Assembly: GCA_963662315.1 (NCBI GenBank)
Contig: OY759353.1
Coordinates: forward strand, 1,472,001 to 1,536,000
DNA length: 64,000 nt
Direction: 5' to 3'
From: Geopsychrobacteraceae bacterium
Lineage (GTDB): Bacteria; Desulfobacterota; Desulfuromonadia; Desulfuromonadales; Geopsychrobacteraceae
The position numbers and the translations under genes were made by a program. The notes below the pieces were generated by a model that ran no database searches, was not told where the DNA came from, and worked only from the letters and a program-made list of their open reading frames with translations. This document shows, in pieces, positions 10,337 to 20,042 of the stretch (within the stretch, counting starts at the first letter, position 1; every line of letters begins with the position of its first letter).

Positions 10337-10849
10337 TCATTCAGAAATAACATCTTCGATCTTCAATACAACCAGATCAGCAATCTTTTCCGTAGAGATA
10401 ATAAATCTCGTCAGTCTTGGTCCCGAAATCGTATCGAGATCCTGACAGGCGGCCACATTGAGATGCGCTTGACCCGTTTTATGGGTATCCTCAACCGTAT
10501 TTCGGATGACACAACTCAGGCAATGCAGTGAACCGCCACACCCTTCCGGTTCCTCGGCATGGACACAACCGAAGACTTCTCCCCCCAAGTAACCCGCAAT
10601 TTCCGGTATCGTTTTGCCCAGGACACGTTGTCCCGGTTCATTGACAGTTATCACCCGTGAGTTCTTATCTAACACCAGAACAGGTTGCCGCAATTCGTTC
10701 AGATAATCACTGAGCGATAGTCCAAGCTGCTTCATCTCCTTGGCAATACACGAGCGGCATAGACCATGGCTTACATGTTCCTGTACCTCATCCAGCTGTT
10801 CAGGTGGGCGCAATTCAACCTGACACTCAGCACAGATATAACGAATCAT
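10337..10849 (-). CDS. Small Cys-rich PAS-like protein, no output domain (paralog A)
   Basis: CxxC..SHGLCxxC N-terminus, PAS-like core (PVLVLDKNSRVITVN), C-x8-C-x5-C-x2-C; start at ATG 10849, 10 nt after the kinase stop; paralog at 14378-14908. Confidence 0.75.
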   Translation of the reverse strand: MIRYICAECQVELRPPEQLDEVQEHVSHGLCRSCIAKEMKQLGLSLSDYLNELRQPVLVLDKNSRVITVNEPGQRVLGKTIPEIAGYLGGEVFGCVHAEEPEGCGGSLHCLSCVIRNTVEDTHKTGQAHLNVAACQDLDTISGPRLTRFIISTEKIADLVVLKIEDVISE

Positions 10850-10859
10850 AGGCCTGACA

Positions 10860-13800
10860 TCACTTTCTTTTGTGGGGTTCAGAGTCAAGCGCCCTGCGTA
10901 CGACATCGGCAATATCTGCCACTTCAAAGGGTTTCCGGCATAGCTCAAAAACACCATACTTCCGCATTGTTTCGGCCGTCACGTCAAGGCTATAACCCGT
11001 CACCAGGACGATGGGAATCACCGGACGGATAGCTTGGATCTCCTTAGCCAGTTCCAGACCGGTCAAGGACGGCATCACCTGGTCTGTTACGACCAAATCG
11101 TAAAGATTCGGATTCTTTCTAAAGATGTCCAGAGCCGCCATGCTGTCGTTCTCATAATCAACGTCATAACCCAAGCTTTTAAGGATATCTGCATTCAATT
11201 CATTAATCATCGGTTCATCATCGACCAGCAGAATCCGTTCGTTTCCAGCAGAGATCACCTTATCCTTTGTTTTGGTATTTTCTACCGAAGAACCACTTAG
11301 CGGCAGATACACCTTGAATGTGGTTCCATTACCCGGTTCAGAAATCACGCTAATGGCCCCACCATAGTATTCAACACTCTCTTTGGCCGTTGAAAGCCCC
11401 AGCCCAGTCCCCTGGCCAACATCCTTGGTGGTATAAAATGGATCAAAAATCTTATTCAAGGTATCCGCGGCAATACCACACCCCGTATCCGCCACAGAAA
11501 AACAGGCGTACCCCCCTGAGTTGGCAGGGCATTCGACAGGCAGCCGTTCATCTGTTGAAGCGATCTTTTCCAGAGACACGGTCAGTGTCCCCCTTTCCCC
11601 CATGGCATGCACAGCATTGGTACTTAAGTTGAGAAGGACATCCTGAATTCGTGACGCGTTGGCTTTCATGGTAAAGTCTGACACGTCTTCTGGAACGGCA
11701 AAGTCTTTCTGGATTGCCGATGGCAGTATTGCCGTTAAGAGTTTACCGGTTTCAAGCAACAGGTTCACCAGATTAATGGATGCGTCATCCTGCTCGTCCT
11801 GACGACTGAAACGCATAATCTGGTGGACCATGTCACTGGCCCGGGTCGCTGCGATATGTGCGTTTTTCAGCAGCGAGATACGGTCATCAACAGACACATT
11901 GGCCCGCTTGGCAAGGTCAATATTGCCCAAAATTATGGCCAGATGATTATTGAAATTATGTGAAATACCGCTGGCCAGCATGCCGACCGCGTTGATCTTC
12001 TCTCTCTGACGTAGCTGCTGCAGCAGTTTACGCTGCTGCCGTTCCTCTTCTTTTCGCTCGGAAATATCCGACACATGTCCGTACCAGATAATCCTGCCAT
12101 CAGACTGTTTTTTGGGGATGCTGTTTCCTTCCAGCCAACAGACGCTTCCGTTGTTTTTGATCACCCGAAACTCATGACGCCAGAGACTAAGCTGCTTTTC
12201 CGATAATTGAATTGATCGCAAAGTTGCAGGAATATCCTCGGGATGCACCTTCCGAAATATCGGTTCGGCGCTCATCTTGACATCCTCAGGGGCAAGTTCA
12301 AATAATGAATATATTGCATCGCTGGTAAAGGTCATTGAATAGTGCCCTGAAATTGAGCGTTCAAATTGATACACCATACCGGGAATCTGGCTGGAAAGAT
12401 GCCGCAGTTTTGCCAACAGGTCCTGAGATTCTTTATGAAAATTGACCCGATCACTGATATCCCTAGCAACCGCCAGGATATATTCCTGACCATCAAGATC
12501 CAGGATTGAGATACTGACTTCAACCGGGAAAATTTCACCGGCCTTGCTTCTATGCGACATGACCACATTGGCCTTATGCTGTGGGGTGGCACTGTCAATG
12601 AGATCTGTCACCAACTGCTGAACGGTTTCCTCCCCTGCGGTCAAGTCTTCGAGAGTCAAAGTCAGCAGCTCTTCCCGACTGTAGCCATAACGTTTTGCGG
12701 CGATGTCATTAACCATTTCAAATGGGTATATTCTTCCTGCCGAGACCAGAAACAGAAAAACAGCATCATACTGGCCGTTCAATACGGCTCTGAACATCTT
12801 TTCATTTTTAACAATCTGGCGCTCTACAGCCTTTTGTTCAGACAGATCACGAAAGATTCCGAGCATCATTTTTTGATTGTTGATCCAGACCGGCTTGGCC
12901 TTGATTTCGACCGGAACAGTTGTCCCTGACTTGGTTAACAGCACCGTTTCCAGCAGGCTCCTGGGGGAATCATCCCGATGAATTAAAAATTCATCGGTAA
13001 AAGACTTGCCCCTGAAATCCTCGATGTGCAGAAAGGATTGTGGTTTATTACGAACTTCTTCCTGGGAACGCTCCACCAAGGTCAGCAGTTTCCGATTACA
13101 TTCGAGTAACACCCCCGTCTCATAATCGGCGAGCGCCAAGCCTACGGTTGAGCCATCGAAGACCACGCGGTATTTTTCTTCCGATCGTTCAATTTCTTGT
13201 CTGACCAGAGCCTCTCGACGCAGGTATTTATGCACAATATAATAACAGAGAATCAGCAATATAGAGCCAAGGCACCAAAGCAGAATTTTATTGGCTCTCT
13301 CCTGCCCCAAAGTATCACTCTGAGCTTTAAAGTAGGCTGCTAACGGAACAGATACGCTGATTCCACCTCGGATATCCCCCAATCGGTAGCTTTGGGCCCC
13401 ATGGCATCTCAAACACATGCTTTCAGTGACCATTGGCAGCATCAGGCGCAGATAGGGCTCGCCATCCATCGTGGTCTGGATATAAGTTTCTTTTACCCCC
13501 GTCTGGAAAGCTTCAAGAGATTGCCTTTCCCAGGGATCCGGTGCATTTTCGGGACGTAACGGTTTGAGACTGGTAATATGTCCCCTGACTCCATATTGCG
13601 ACTGCGCCAGCTCGTGAACCTGACGGGTCATATAGGCGGGATTGATCAATGTCAGGTCCTGACCATTGGTCGTTTTCAGATCCCGTTCGGGAAGATGAGA
13701 AAGATAAGGGTTGGGTGGAGTCGTTTGTGATGGTTGAACATAAATGCCACCCTGCAAAGCAACCCAGCGCCGATAAACAAGGTCCTTGCGGTAGTTCCCT

Positions 13801-13937
13801 CGAGCTTCGGCAAGAGCCAGCTTAACCACCAGATCACGCTTGGATGCATGTTCCTGCTCATAAACATACGTAATCAAACCGGTCCAGATGAGGAATAAGC
13901 CGGCAAGCAGCAGTGCTATTTTGTCGCTTTTAAGCAA
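10860..13937 (-). CDS. Hybrid sensor histidine kinase: periplasmic heme-c (DUF3365-like) domain, 3 PAS, HisKA, HATPase, REC
   Basis: Two TM segments around a domain with CLRCH and GDIRGGISV; H-box SHNFNN; NLSTNA, DTGCG, GTGLGL; receiver LLVDDE..TDQVMP..CRKP; TTG start with AGGAG RBS. Confidence 0.9.
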   Translation of the reverse strand: MLKSDKIALLLAGLFLIWTGLITYVYEQEHASKRDLVVKLALAEARGNYRKDLVYRRWVALQGGIYVQPSQTTPPNPYLSHLPERDLKTTNGQDLTLINPAYMTRQVHELAQSQYGVRGHITSLKPLRPENAPDPWERQSLEAFQTGVKETYIQTTMDGEPYLRLMLPMVTESMCLRCHGAQSYRLGDIRGGISVSVPLAAYFKAQSDTLGQERANKILLWCLGSILLILCYYIVHKYLRREALVRQEIERSEEKYRVVFDGSTVGLALADYETGVLLECNRKLLTLVERSQEEVRNKPQSFLHIEDFRGKSFTDEFLIHRDDSPRSLLETVLLTKSGTTVPVEIKAKPVWINNQKMMLGIFRDLSEQKAVERQIVKNEKMFRAVLNGQYDAVFLFLVSAGRIYPFEMVNDIAAKRYGYSREELLTLTLEDLTAGEETVQQLVTDLIDSATPQHKANVVMSHRSKAGEIFPVEVSISILDLDGQEYILAVARDISDRVNFHKESQDLLAKLRHLSSQIPGMVYQFERSISGHYSMTFTSDAIYSLFELAPEDVKMSAEPIFRKVHPEDIPATLRSIQLSEKQLSLWRHEFRVIKNNGSVCWLEGNSIPKKQSDGRIIWYGHVSDISERKEEERQQRKLLQQLRQREKINAVGMLASGISHNFNNHLAIILGNIDLAKRANVSVDDRISLLKNAHIAATRASDMVHQIMRFSRQDEQDDASINLVNLLLETGKLLTAILPSAIQKDFAVPEDVSDFTMKANASRIQDVLLNLSTNAVHAMGERGTLTVSLEKIASTDERLPVECPANSGGYACFSVADTGCGIAADTLNKIFDPFYTTKDVGQGTGLGLSTAKESVEYYGGAISVISEPGNGTTFKVYLPLSGSSVENTKTKDKVISAGNERILLVDDEPMINELNADILKSLGYDVDYENDSMAALDIFRKNPNLYDLVVTDQVMPSLTGLELAKEIQAIRPVIPIVLVTGYSLDVTAETMRKYGVFELCRKPFEVADIADVVRRALDSEPHKRK

Positions 13938-14377
13938 GGGGCTTTCTCCTGCTGAATAACTCGAAGCTGATTAAACAGGATGGTTTCCCACCCTTTTCAT
14001 GCCAGAACCCCCAACTCTGGAGCAATGTTTCACTTGCCAAAGCTGCCACAAAAACAAAGAACACTCATTAAGCTATACTAAATTTTATAGTACTACTGAT
14101 CCATTCAGAAAACAATATTATTTCTCCCGTCTCCTGTTTTTGCTTAAGGCAACTTTTATCGTCGTAAAAAGCTGATCCCATCCCCGGCGGTTCACCACAT
14201 AGGTCTTTGCCCCTTCGTTCACTGTGCGGTTGATGAAAAAAACTGTTGCTTTAATCAGTAGGTAAAATAGCAAAGGCAGGTAGTGGTGGGATGACTTTTT
14301 GCGGTCGGCATTCCTGCCGGTGAAAAGAGTATTTCAAAAACAGGAACCCGACTGGAAGAATACGTCCCCGCCCCTGG

Positions 14378-14908
14378 CTATTCAATCATTGACCCTGTCG
14401 GACCCTTTGTCAGAGTTCTTTCGATATGAAGAAAAATCGACCCGCCGATTTTTCTGGTTGAGATAAAAAAATCAGTCACCCGCATCCCCGCCAGGGACCT
14501 TAAGTCATGGCAGGCAGGGACCCGATGAAAGGGCTGACCGGTTTTATATGTTTTTTTGACCAGGGTGTTGATACTACAGTTCAGGCATTGAATCTCAGCC
14601 GGACACTCAGCTGCATTTCTCCCATTTAGACAGCCGAAAAGCCTGATATCCTGGAAATATGAGATATTGAGAAAGTCTTTCTTAACACGCGTTCTGGCCG
14701 CATGGTTGACTCCGCAGATAGCATCCTGTTCACCAACGACAAAAACCGGTTCGCTGAAGGTATTAAGAAAATACTCAAGAGTTTGCCCGTAGGGGGACAG
14801 TTCTTTGCTAAAACAGTCATAACAGATCCCATGACTGACCAGTTGCTCTTCACATTCGCTAGCCGCCTTGATTTCTTTCTGACAGTAAGAACAAATATAA
14901 GACATCAT
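14378..14908 (-). CDS. Small Cys-rich PAS-like protein, no output domain (paralog B)
   Basis: CSYC..SHGICYDC, EPVFVVG..CGVN, C-x8-C-x5-C-x2-C, ACHDL..FFISTRKI aligns with the 10337-10849 product; start uncertain (14905-14920). Confidence 0.75.
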   Translation of the reverse strand: MMSYICSYCQKEIKAASECEEQLVSHGICYDCFSKELSPYGQTLEYFLNTFSEPVFVVGEQDAICGVNHAARTRVKKDFLNISYFQDIRLFGCLNGRNAAECPAEIQCLNCSINTLVKKTYKTGQPFHRVPACHDLRSLAGMRVTDFFISTRKIGGSIFLHIERTLTKGPTGSMIE

Positions 14909-14977
14909 AAGACCACCCATTTTAAAGTGAAGCGCCAGAAGCTATTCAGAGAGAGTATCCTCTGGCGCTATCCACAT

Positions 14978-17329
14978 TTAAAACTTCCCGAACTCCCCGT
15001 CATCAAGGGCGATCTGCTTCTTCATGGCGATCTGCGGTTTAGGGTTGATGCTTTCCCATCCACCGGAACGTTTTGCTTCTGCTTGAGGACGGTTGTAATT
15101 CGCGCGGGAGATCTGGTCCCCTTTATGCAGCACGAAACGTTTCAGCATTTCCTGCATCTGCAACGCCTGCCCCGATAATTCTTCTGCGGCAGCGGCACTT
15201 TCTTCGGCGCTGGCAGTATTCTGCTGTGTCACCTGATCGATCTGTCCCAGTCCCATAGTTACCTGGCTGATTCCCTGCGCCTGCTCATTGGAGGCCGCAG
15301 CAATTTCTTCCAGCAGATCAGCAACCTTGTTGGTCCCGTTCATGATCTCTTTCAGGGCGCCGGCCGTTTGTTGAGCCATCTGGTTCCCCTTGTCCGTCAA
15401 GGCAACAGAACCTTCGATCAACTCTGCTGTTTCTTCAGCAGCCTTGGCACTTCTGGCCGCCAGATTACGTACTTCTTCAGCGACAACGGCAAAACCTTTA
15501 CCATGCTGCCCGGCACGGGCAGCTTCGACGGCAGCATTCAAGGCCAAGAGATTGGTCTGGAAGGCGATCTCGTCGATAACTTTGATAATCTTGCTGATAT
15601 TCTGCCCGGCCTGGTTAATCTCATTCATGGCTCGTACCATTTCAGACATCTGGGAATCGCCTTTTTCTGCAACCCGTTTCGATTCATTGGATAGCTGGTT
15701 CGCAGCAGAGGCATTTTCAGCGTTGGTCCGTACCTGGTTAGCCATCTCATTCATCGACGCCGTCACCTCTTCCAGCGAACTGGCCGATTCCGTTGCCCCT
15801 TGAGATAAGGCCTGGCTGGCATCGGAGACCTGCCCCGAGCCGGTCGCGATCTGCTCACCGGCAATCTGGATGTTACCAACCATCTCGCGTAGCCCTTCGA
15901 GCATGGTTTTCAGCGCATTGCCCAGCTGATCATTGGCCGAAGCCACCTTAACGTCATGAGTCAAATCACCTTGGGCAATAGCTTCGGCCAGCTCACTACG
16001 CCCCTGCAGACTCTTGGCCATACCAACCAAGACCGAACCAAGCTCGGTGATTTCATCTTTAGCCTGATATACTTTGCACTGCCGACAGTCACTGTAGGTT
16101 CCATTGGTCAGCTTGTAACAGACCGGATTCGGCCCGAAGGTTCCGGTTTCAACCCAGCAATGCCCTTCCATGCCATAGCTCGGGCATTCTTTCTTTCCAC
16201 AATTGTTCAAGGATGAGCAATTCACTTTATCCCCCATGGGCAGATTCTGATCCGAGGTATCGCCTCTCCCGTATTGTCCGACCACCGCAAAAGCCCGGTG
16301 CAGGGGTCTGGTGATACTACGCGTCACCAGCCATGCAGCAAGCAAGCCCAGCAGTGTCGCAAAGGTCAAGCCACCAATCATGGTGTGGCTGGCATTACTC
16401 AAGGCCGTGACTGCATTACTGGCGATACGCATTGTACCACCCATACCGGCCACAGCTACCTCGCGAGCTTCATTGACAACCACATCACCGATATCATTGC
16501 GCTGCTTCCCGAGCTCATTATTATTGAGCCAATTGGCCAGGTAACTGTTCATGGCCTCTTTATAAGCAGTAGCGGCCTGCATCGTGTTATCGATCCGTTT
16601 CAGATCGTCGTCCTGAGAGGTAATTTTTCGCAGTTCGGCAAAGTTCTGTTCGATAACATCGAAGTTTTTATTGGCGTCTTTAATAATCTGTGGATCACGA
16701 CGAGCCTGGGACTTAAAAACCGAAATCCTGGTCTCATTTCCAAGATCGATGATCTGGCTGACCAGCGATATTTTCTGTAAGCGTTCCGCCAACAGCTGAG
16801 GCAGCGCGAATTCGCTGATTTCCCTCGCCATCTTAGCATTCTGACCCGCCAAATATTCGTTACAGTTACTCATATACTGAGTAGCTAAGGCATCAAGCGT
16901 TTTCTGATTTTCAGCCATCTTGCCATTTACAATAGCGGTTTCCTCAACCAGTTGCTTATATTGGCTGAGTTCAGTCTGAACCTTTTCAATCGCCGGGCGT
17001 AATGCTTTTAGGTTCTTGGCCTCATCACCCAATTTTTTTGCCGTGGCAAGGCGCTCCTGCAACGCAGCCATGTTTTTTCTGGCATCCGCCAGGAACGTTT
17101 CTTCACCAGTAAAGCCATAACCACGCATGGCATACATGGTTCGAAAGGAACTGCGCTCAATTTTGTTAGCAATATCAACTTCTGGAACATACTCCCGTTC
17201 AAGCATAACCGATTGCGCTTCGACCTTGTCCATGTTGACAATCGCCAGAATCCCCAGAAAAATTGCCAGAACAAGCAAGATCCCGAAGCCTCCCCCAATT
17301 TTAACCCCCAACTTTAGTTGCTTAAACAT
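14978..17329 (-). CDS. Methyl-accepting chemotaxis protein with periplasmic helical-bundle sensor and a Cys-rich insert in HAMP
   Basis: Two TM helices, MCP hairpin [35 protein letters not shown]-terminal EFGKF pentapeptide-like tail; ATG 17329 with AAGGAG RBS. Confidence 0.93.
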   Translation of the reverse strand: MFKQLKLGVKIGGGFGILLVLAIFLGILAIVNMDKVEAQSVMLEREYVPEVDIANKIERSSFRTMYAMRGYGFTGEETFLADARKNMAALQERLATAKKLGDEAKNLKALRPAIEKVQTELSQYKQLVEETAIVNGKMAENQKTLDALATQYMSNCNEYLAGQNAKMAREISEFALPQLLAERLQKISLVSQIIDLGNETRISVFKSQARRDPQIIKDANKNFDVIEQNFAELRKITSQDDDLKRIDNTMQAATAYKEAMNSYLANWLNNNELGKQRNDIGDVVVNEAREVAVAGMGGTMRIASNAVTALSNASHTMIGGLTFATLLGLLAAWLVTRSITRPLHRAFAVVGQYGRGDTSDQNLPMGDKVNCSSLNNCGKKECPSYGMEGHCWVETGTFGPNPVCYKLTNGTYSDCRQCKVYQAKDEITELGSVLVGMAKSLQGRSELAEAIAQGDLTHDVKVASANDQLGNALKTMLEGLREMVGNIQIAGEQIATGSGQVSDASQALSQGATESASSLEEVTASMNEMANQVRTNAENASAANQLSNESKRVAEKGDSQMSEMVRAMNEINQAGQNISKIIKVIDEIAFQTNLLALNAAVEAARAGQHGKGFAVVAEEVRNLAARSAKAAEETAELIEGSVALTDKGNQMAQQTAGALKEIMNGTNKVADLLEEIAAASNEQAQGISQVTMGLGQIDQVTQQNTASAEESAAAAEELSGQALQMQEMLKRFVLHKGDQISRANYNRPQAEAKRSGGWESINPKPQIAMKKQIALDDGEFGKF

Positions 17330-17613
17330 TTCTCGCTCCTTTTCGCCAATGTGTTGTGATGAAAGATCCAATCTCTCAAGCAACGTGCACTTTCAATGAC
17401 CTCAGGCCTATATTTGTCTCCAGCAATCTATTCATTATTGAGGAAATCGTTACATTCTGATCGATCTTCCTCTGCCAGCCCCTCCTTCAGCCAATTCAAA
17501 ACACACAAACTTACCGGCCATATAGCCCCACATGATCCCATATACTTCATGAGATAACGCTGTCACTGACATTTCGCTCAATCATAAGTATAATTAAAAT
17601 TCACAAATTAGCC

Positions 17614-17629
17614 AGCACACACCATGCCA
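17614..17629 (-). promoter_or_regulatory. Sigma54 (-24/-12) promoter for the MCP
   Basis: Minus strand TGGCATGGTGTGTGCT with correct GG-N10-GC spacing. Confidence 0.65.
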
Positions 17630-17801
17630 ATTCAGAAAAATTTCATAACTATCGGTTTTTTTAGCTATTTATTTTCTTCCTACAATTTATAGAGGGGCAA
17701 CAAAGGTTAATAAGATTTTGTAAATAGTGACGTAAATAGAATATTTTCAGAGGATTTCAAAGATACAATTAATGTTGTTAAACAAAAAAAGTTTCATTGC
17801 T

Positions 17802-19217
17802 TTACGACTTCCCTTTCAGACGCTTATTAAGTGCCTGCTGAGAGATACCAAGAAATTTGGCAGCATGAGATTGGTTTCCGGCTGACCGTCTGAGAGCCTC
17901 ATTAATTAGCAAATCAGTCATCTCTTTAAGGGTGGGTAATTTATCAGGGAAAAGAAATTCCGGCACGCTCTCGCCATGGTATTCAGAAGCAGGCGGCACA
18001 GCCGCCTGGCGTTGCCTTGCCATAGTTTCCGCAAATCGTGTAATCGCCAGAGGTCCTTCTTGATGAAGGCTCACCGCATCAAAAACCATCGCTCTTAATT
18101 CGCGATGATTGCCGGGAAAAGAGTAAGTCTGCAAGATAGGCAGAAGGTCAGGATTTTCCGCTGGTTTCTTTTTCCCCATGCGGTTCGCTGCTTCGGCAAC
18201 AAAATGGTTGACCAGCAAAGAGATATCATCGCGCCGTTTGCGCAGTGGGGGGAGCTGAATACGATGCGTTTTCAGGCGAAACAGTAAATCACGCCGAAAT
18301 ACACCCTGAGCTTCTTTTTCATCCAGGTTCAGGTTGGTTGCTGCAGCCACCCTGGCGGAACACCGCATCGGGACATCACTGCCTAAAGGGTAATATTCAC
18401 CCGACTGCAGCAATCGCAACAACTTAATCTGTGACAATTGAGACAGTTCACCGATTTCATCGAGAAACAGAATCCCCCCCGCCGCTTCTTCGATCATACC
18501 ACTACGTTTGCGATCTGCACCGGTATAAGCCCCGCTGCAATGCCCAAACAGAGTATCACTGAACAACATATCATCCAGGCCGGCGACATTCACGGCAACA
18601 AAAGGTTTCTCTTCACAACAGAGTTGGTGAAGAGCCTTAGCAATAAGCTCTTTACCGGTACCGCTTTCCCCCTGAATAAGCACAGGCTCATGGCTGGAAG
18701 CTATCGCTTCAAGGTAGGTGAAAATGCGCAGCATGGCAGAATCTTGGGTAATAATGTCCGCAAAAACAGGATGAGGTTGTCCTGGTCCGGCTGAAAAGTT
18801 CTCGCTCAGCTGAAAATGTTCATTTCTAAGCGCCCGCTCCCGCAATGTTTTTTTGATACTGTTGATAATCCTTTCCAGATCATCGCTTTTCATGAAAAAA
18901 TCTTCAGCGCCTTTTTTAATGCAATTGACTGCTGTAGCAACCTGATTTGCTCCACTGATGACAATAACCGGTAATTCAGGATATTTTTCACTGATAAGGT
19001 CAAGCAACTCTTCACCCGATACGATGGGCATGGTCAGATCAAGCAGGACAAGCGAATAATCATTGACCGCCAGCAGCGCAGGCACGTTCTGACTATCCGT
19101 ACAAGATTCTACGTTGGTAATGTTTGCCAGAATTTTTAAAGCAGCACGTATCGTGCCTACCCATGATATTTCGTCATCAACAACCAGAATCGGTTTGCGT
19201 GGATATTCATCGCCCAT
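17802..19217 (-). CDS. Sigma54-dependent response regulator (REC-AAA+-HTH)
   Basis: ILVVDDE..LLDLTMP, GESGTGKEL, GAYTGA, FLDEIG, FPGNHRELR, Fis-type HTH. Confidence 0.93.
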   Translation of the reverse strand: MGDEYPRKPILVVDDEISWVGTIRAALKILANITNVESCTDSQNVPALLAVNDYSLVLLDLTMPIVSGEELLDLISEKYPELPVIVISGANQVATAVNCIKKGAEDFFMKSDDLERIINSIKKTLRERALRNEHFQLSENFSAGPGQPHPVFADIITQDSAMLRIFTYLEAIASSHEPVLIQGESGTGKELIAKALHQLCCEEKPFVAVNVAGLDDMLFSDTLFGHCSGAYTGADRKRSGMIEEAAGGILFLDEIGELSQLSQIKLLRLLQSGEYYPLGSDVPMRCSARVAAATNLNLDEKEAQGVFRRDLLFRLKTHRIQLPPLRKRRDDISLLVNHFVAEAANRMGKKKPAENPDLLPILQTYSFPGNHRELRAMVFDAVSLHQEGPLAITRFAETMARQRQAAVPPASEYHGESVPEFLFPDKLPTLKEMTDLLINEALRRSAGNQSHAAKFLGISQQALNKRLKGKS

Positions 19218-19366
19218 GGTTATCCCTGCGGAATGGATTTTGCGGTTGGAGGAATAAAAATTATATCCGGTTTAAACCAAAGCGACAGCTCTGTCTGCTA
19301 AAAAAAACAGGCCCTGAATCGATCCAGAGCCTGTTTGTGTCACAAAAATGGTGAAAGGTTAACAAG

Positions 19367-19846
19367 TTACCCGCAACACTTCTTGTATTTTTTGCCGCTA
19401 CCGCACGGACAGGGATCATTACGGCCAACCTTATTCGCCTTAATCGGCTGTCCCTTGACGATATCGCCATCGGTAAAATACCACTTGCCGTCTTTACGTT
19501 CGAACTGACCACGTTCGTGATAACTGCGGGTATTGCCATTTAAGCGGAAGCGCGCAATAAATTCGACTTCACCGGTAAGATCGTCCGGCCCGCCAGCGAC
19601 ACTTTCAACCACCTCAAGACCCAGCCAGTCAGACTTTTCAGCCCAGTCCTTACTCCCCTTGTGGTCGAAACCCTGGCGAAAATTGGGGTGGATACTGTCA
19701 TAGAGAAAATCGATTTCAACTTTATCATGTGCGGTGTAACGGGCCCGCATGAGCTGCTCAGCTGTTTCAGCTGCTGTTTTCCCGGTGATAATCGGTTCAC
19801 AGCAGACAGCGTAGTCCTGACCACTTCCGCAAGGACAATTATTCAT
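19367..19846 (-). CDS. YchJ-family protein with SEC-C motifs
   Basis: N-terminal [27 protein letters not shown]-terminal [21 protein letters not shown] 19846 with AAGGAG. Confidence 0.92.
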   Translation of the reverse strand: MNNCPCGSGQDYAVCCEPIITGKTAAETAEQLMRARYTAHDKVEIDFLYDSIHPNFRQGFDHKGSKDWAEKSDWLGLEVVESVAGGPDDLTGEVEFIARFRLNGNTRSYHERGQFERKDGKWYFTDGDIVKGQPIKANKVGRNDPCPCGSGKKYKKCCG

Positions 19847-20042
19847 TAGAGGAACTCCTTCATTGTTATGTATAGGCATTCAAACAGTACCTGTTACAAC
19901 TGTCTTACCTGGTTATCCAACACGATATCAAAGCGTTAACCATTTATACCAGCTGCGCTCAAAAAAATGGTATAGTGGCGACCTGGCCAAACTTTGTCAA
20001 TATTGTAACGATCATCAGCTGTTATTTTTCAGGGTATCTTTT

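Noticed and set aside
14021..14039. TGGCA...TTGCT upstream of the heme-c kinase
   Set aside because: GG-GC spacing is 3 nt too long for a sigma54 promoter
17450..17572. 40-codon ORF (MSVTALSHEV...) in the long MCP leader, minus strand
   Set aside because: Weak RBS and no recognisable motif; cannot be distinguished from chance
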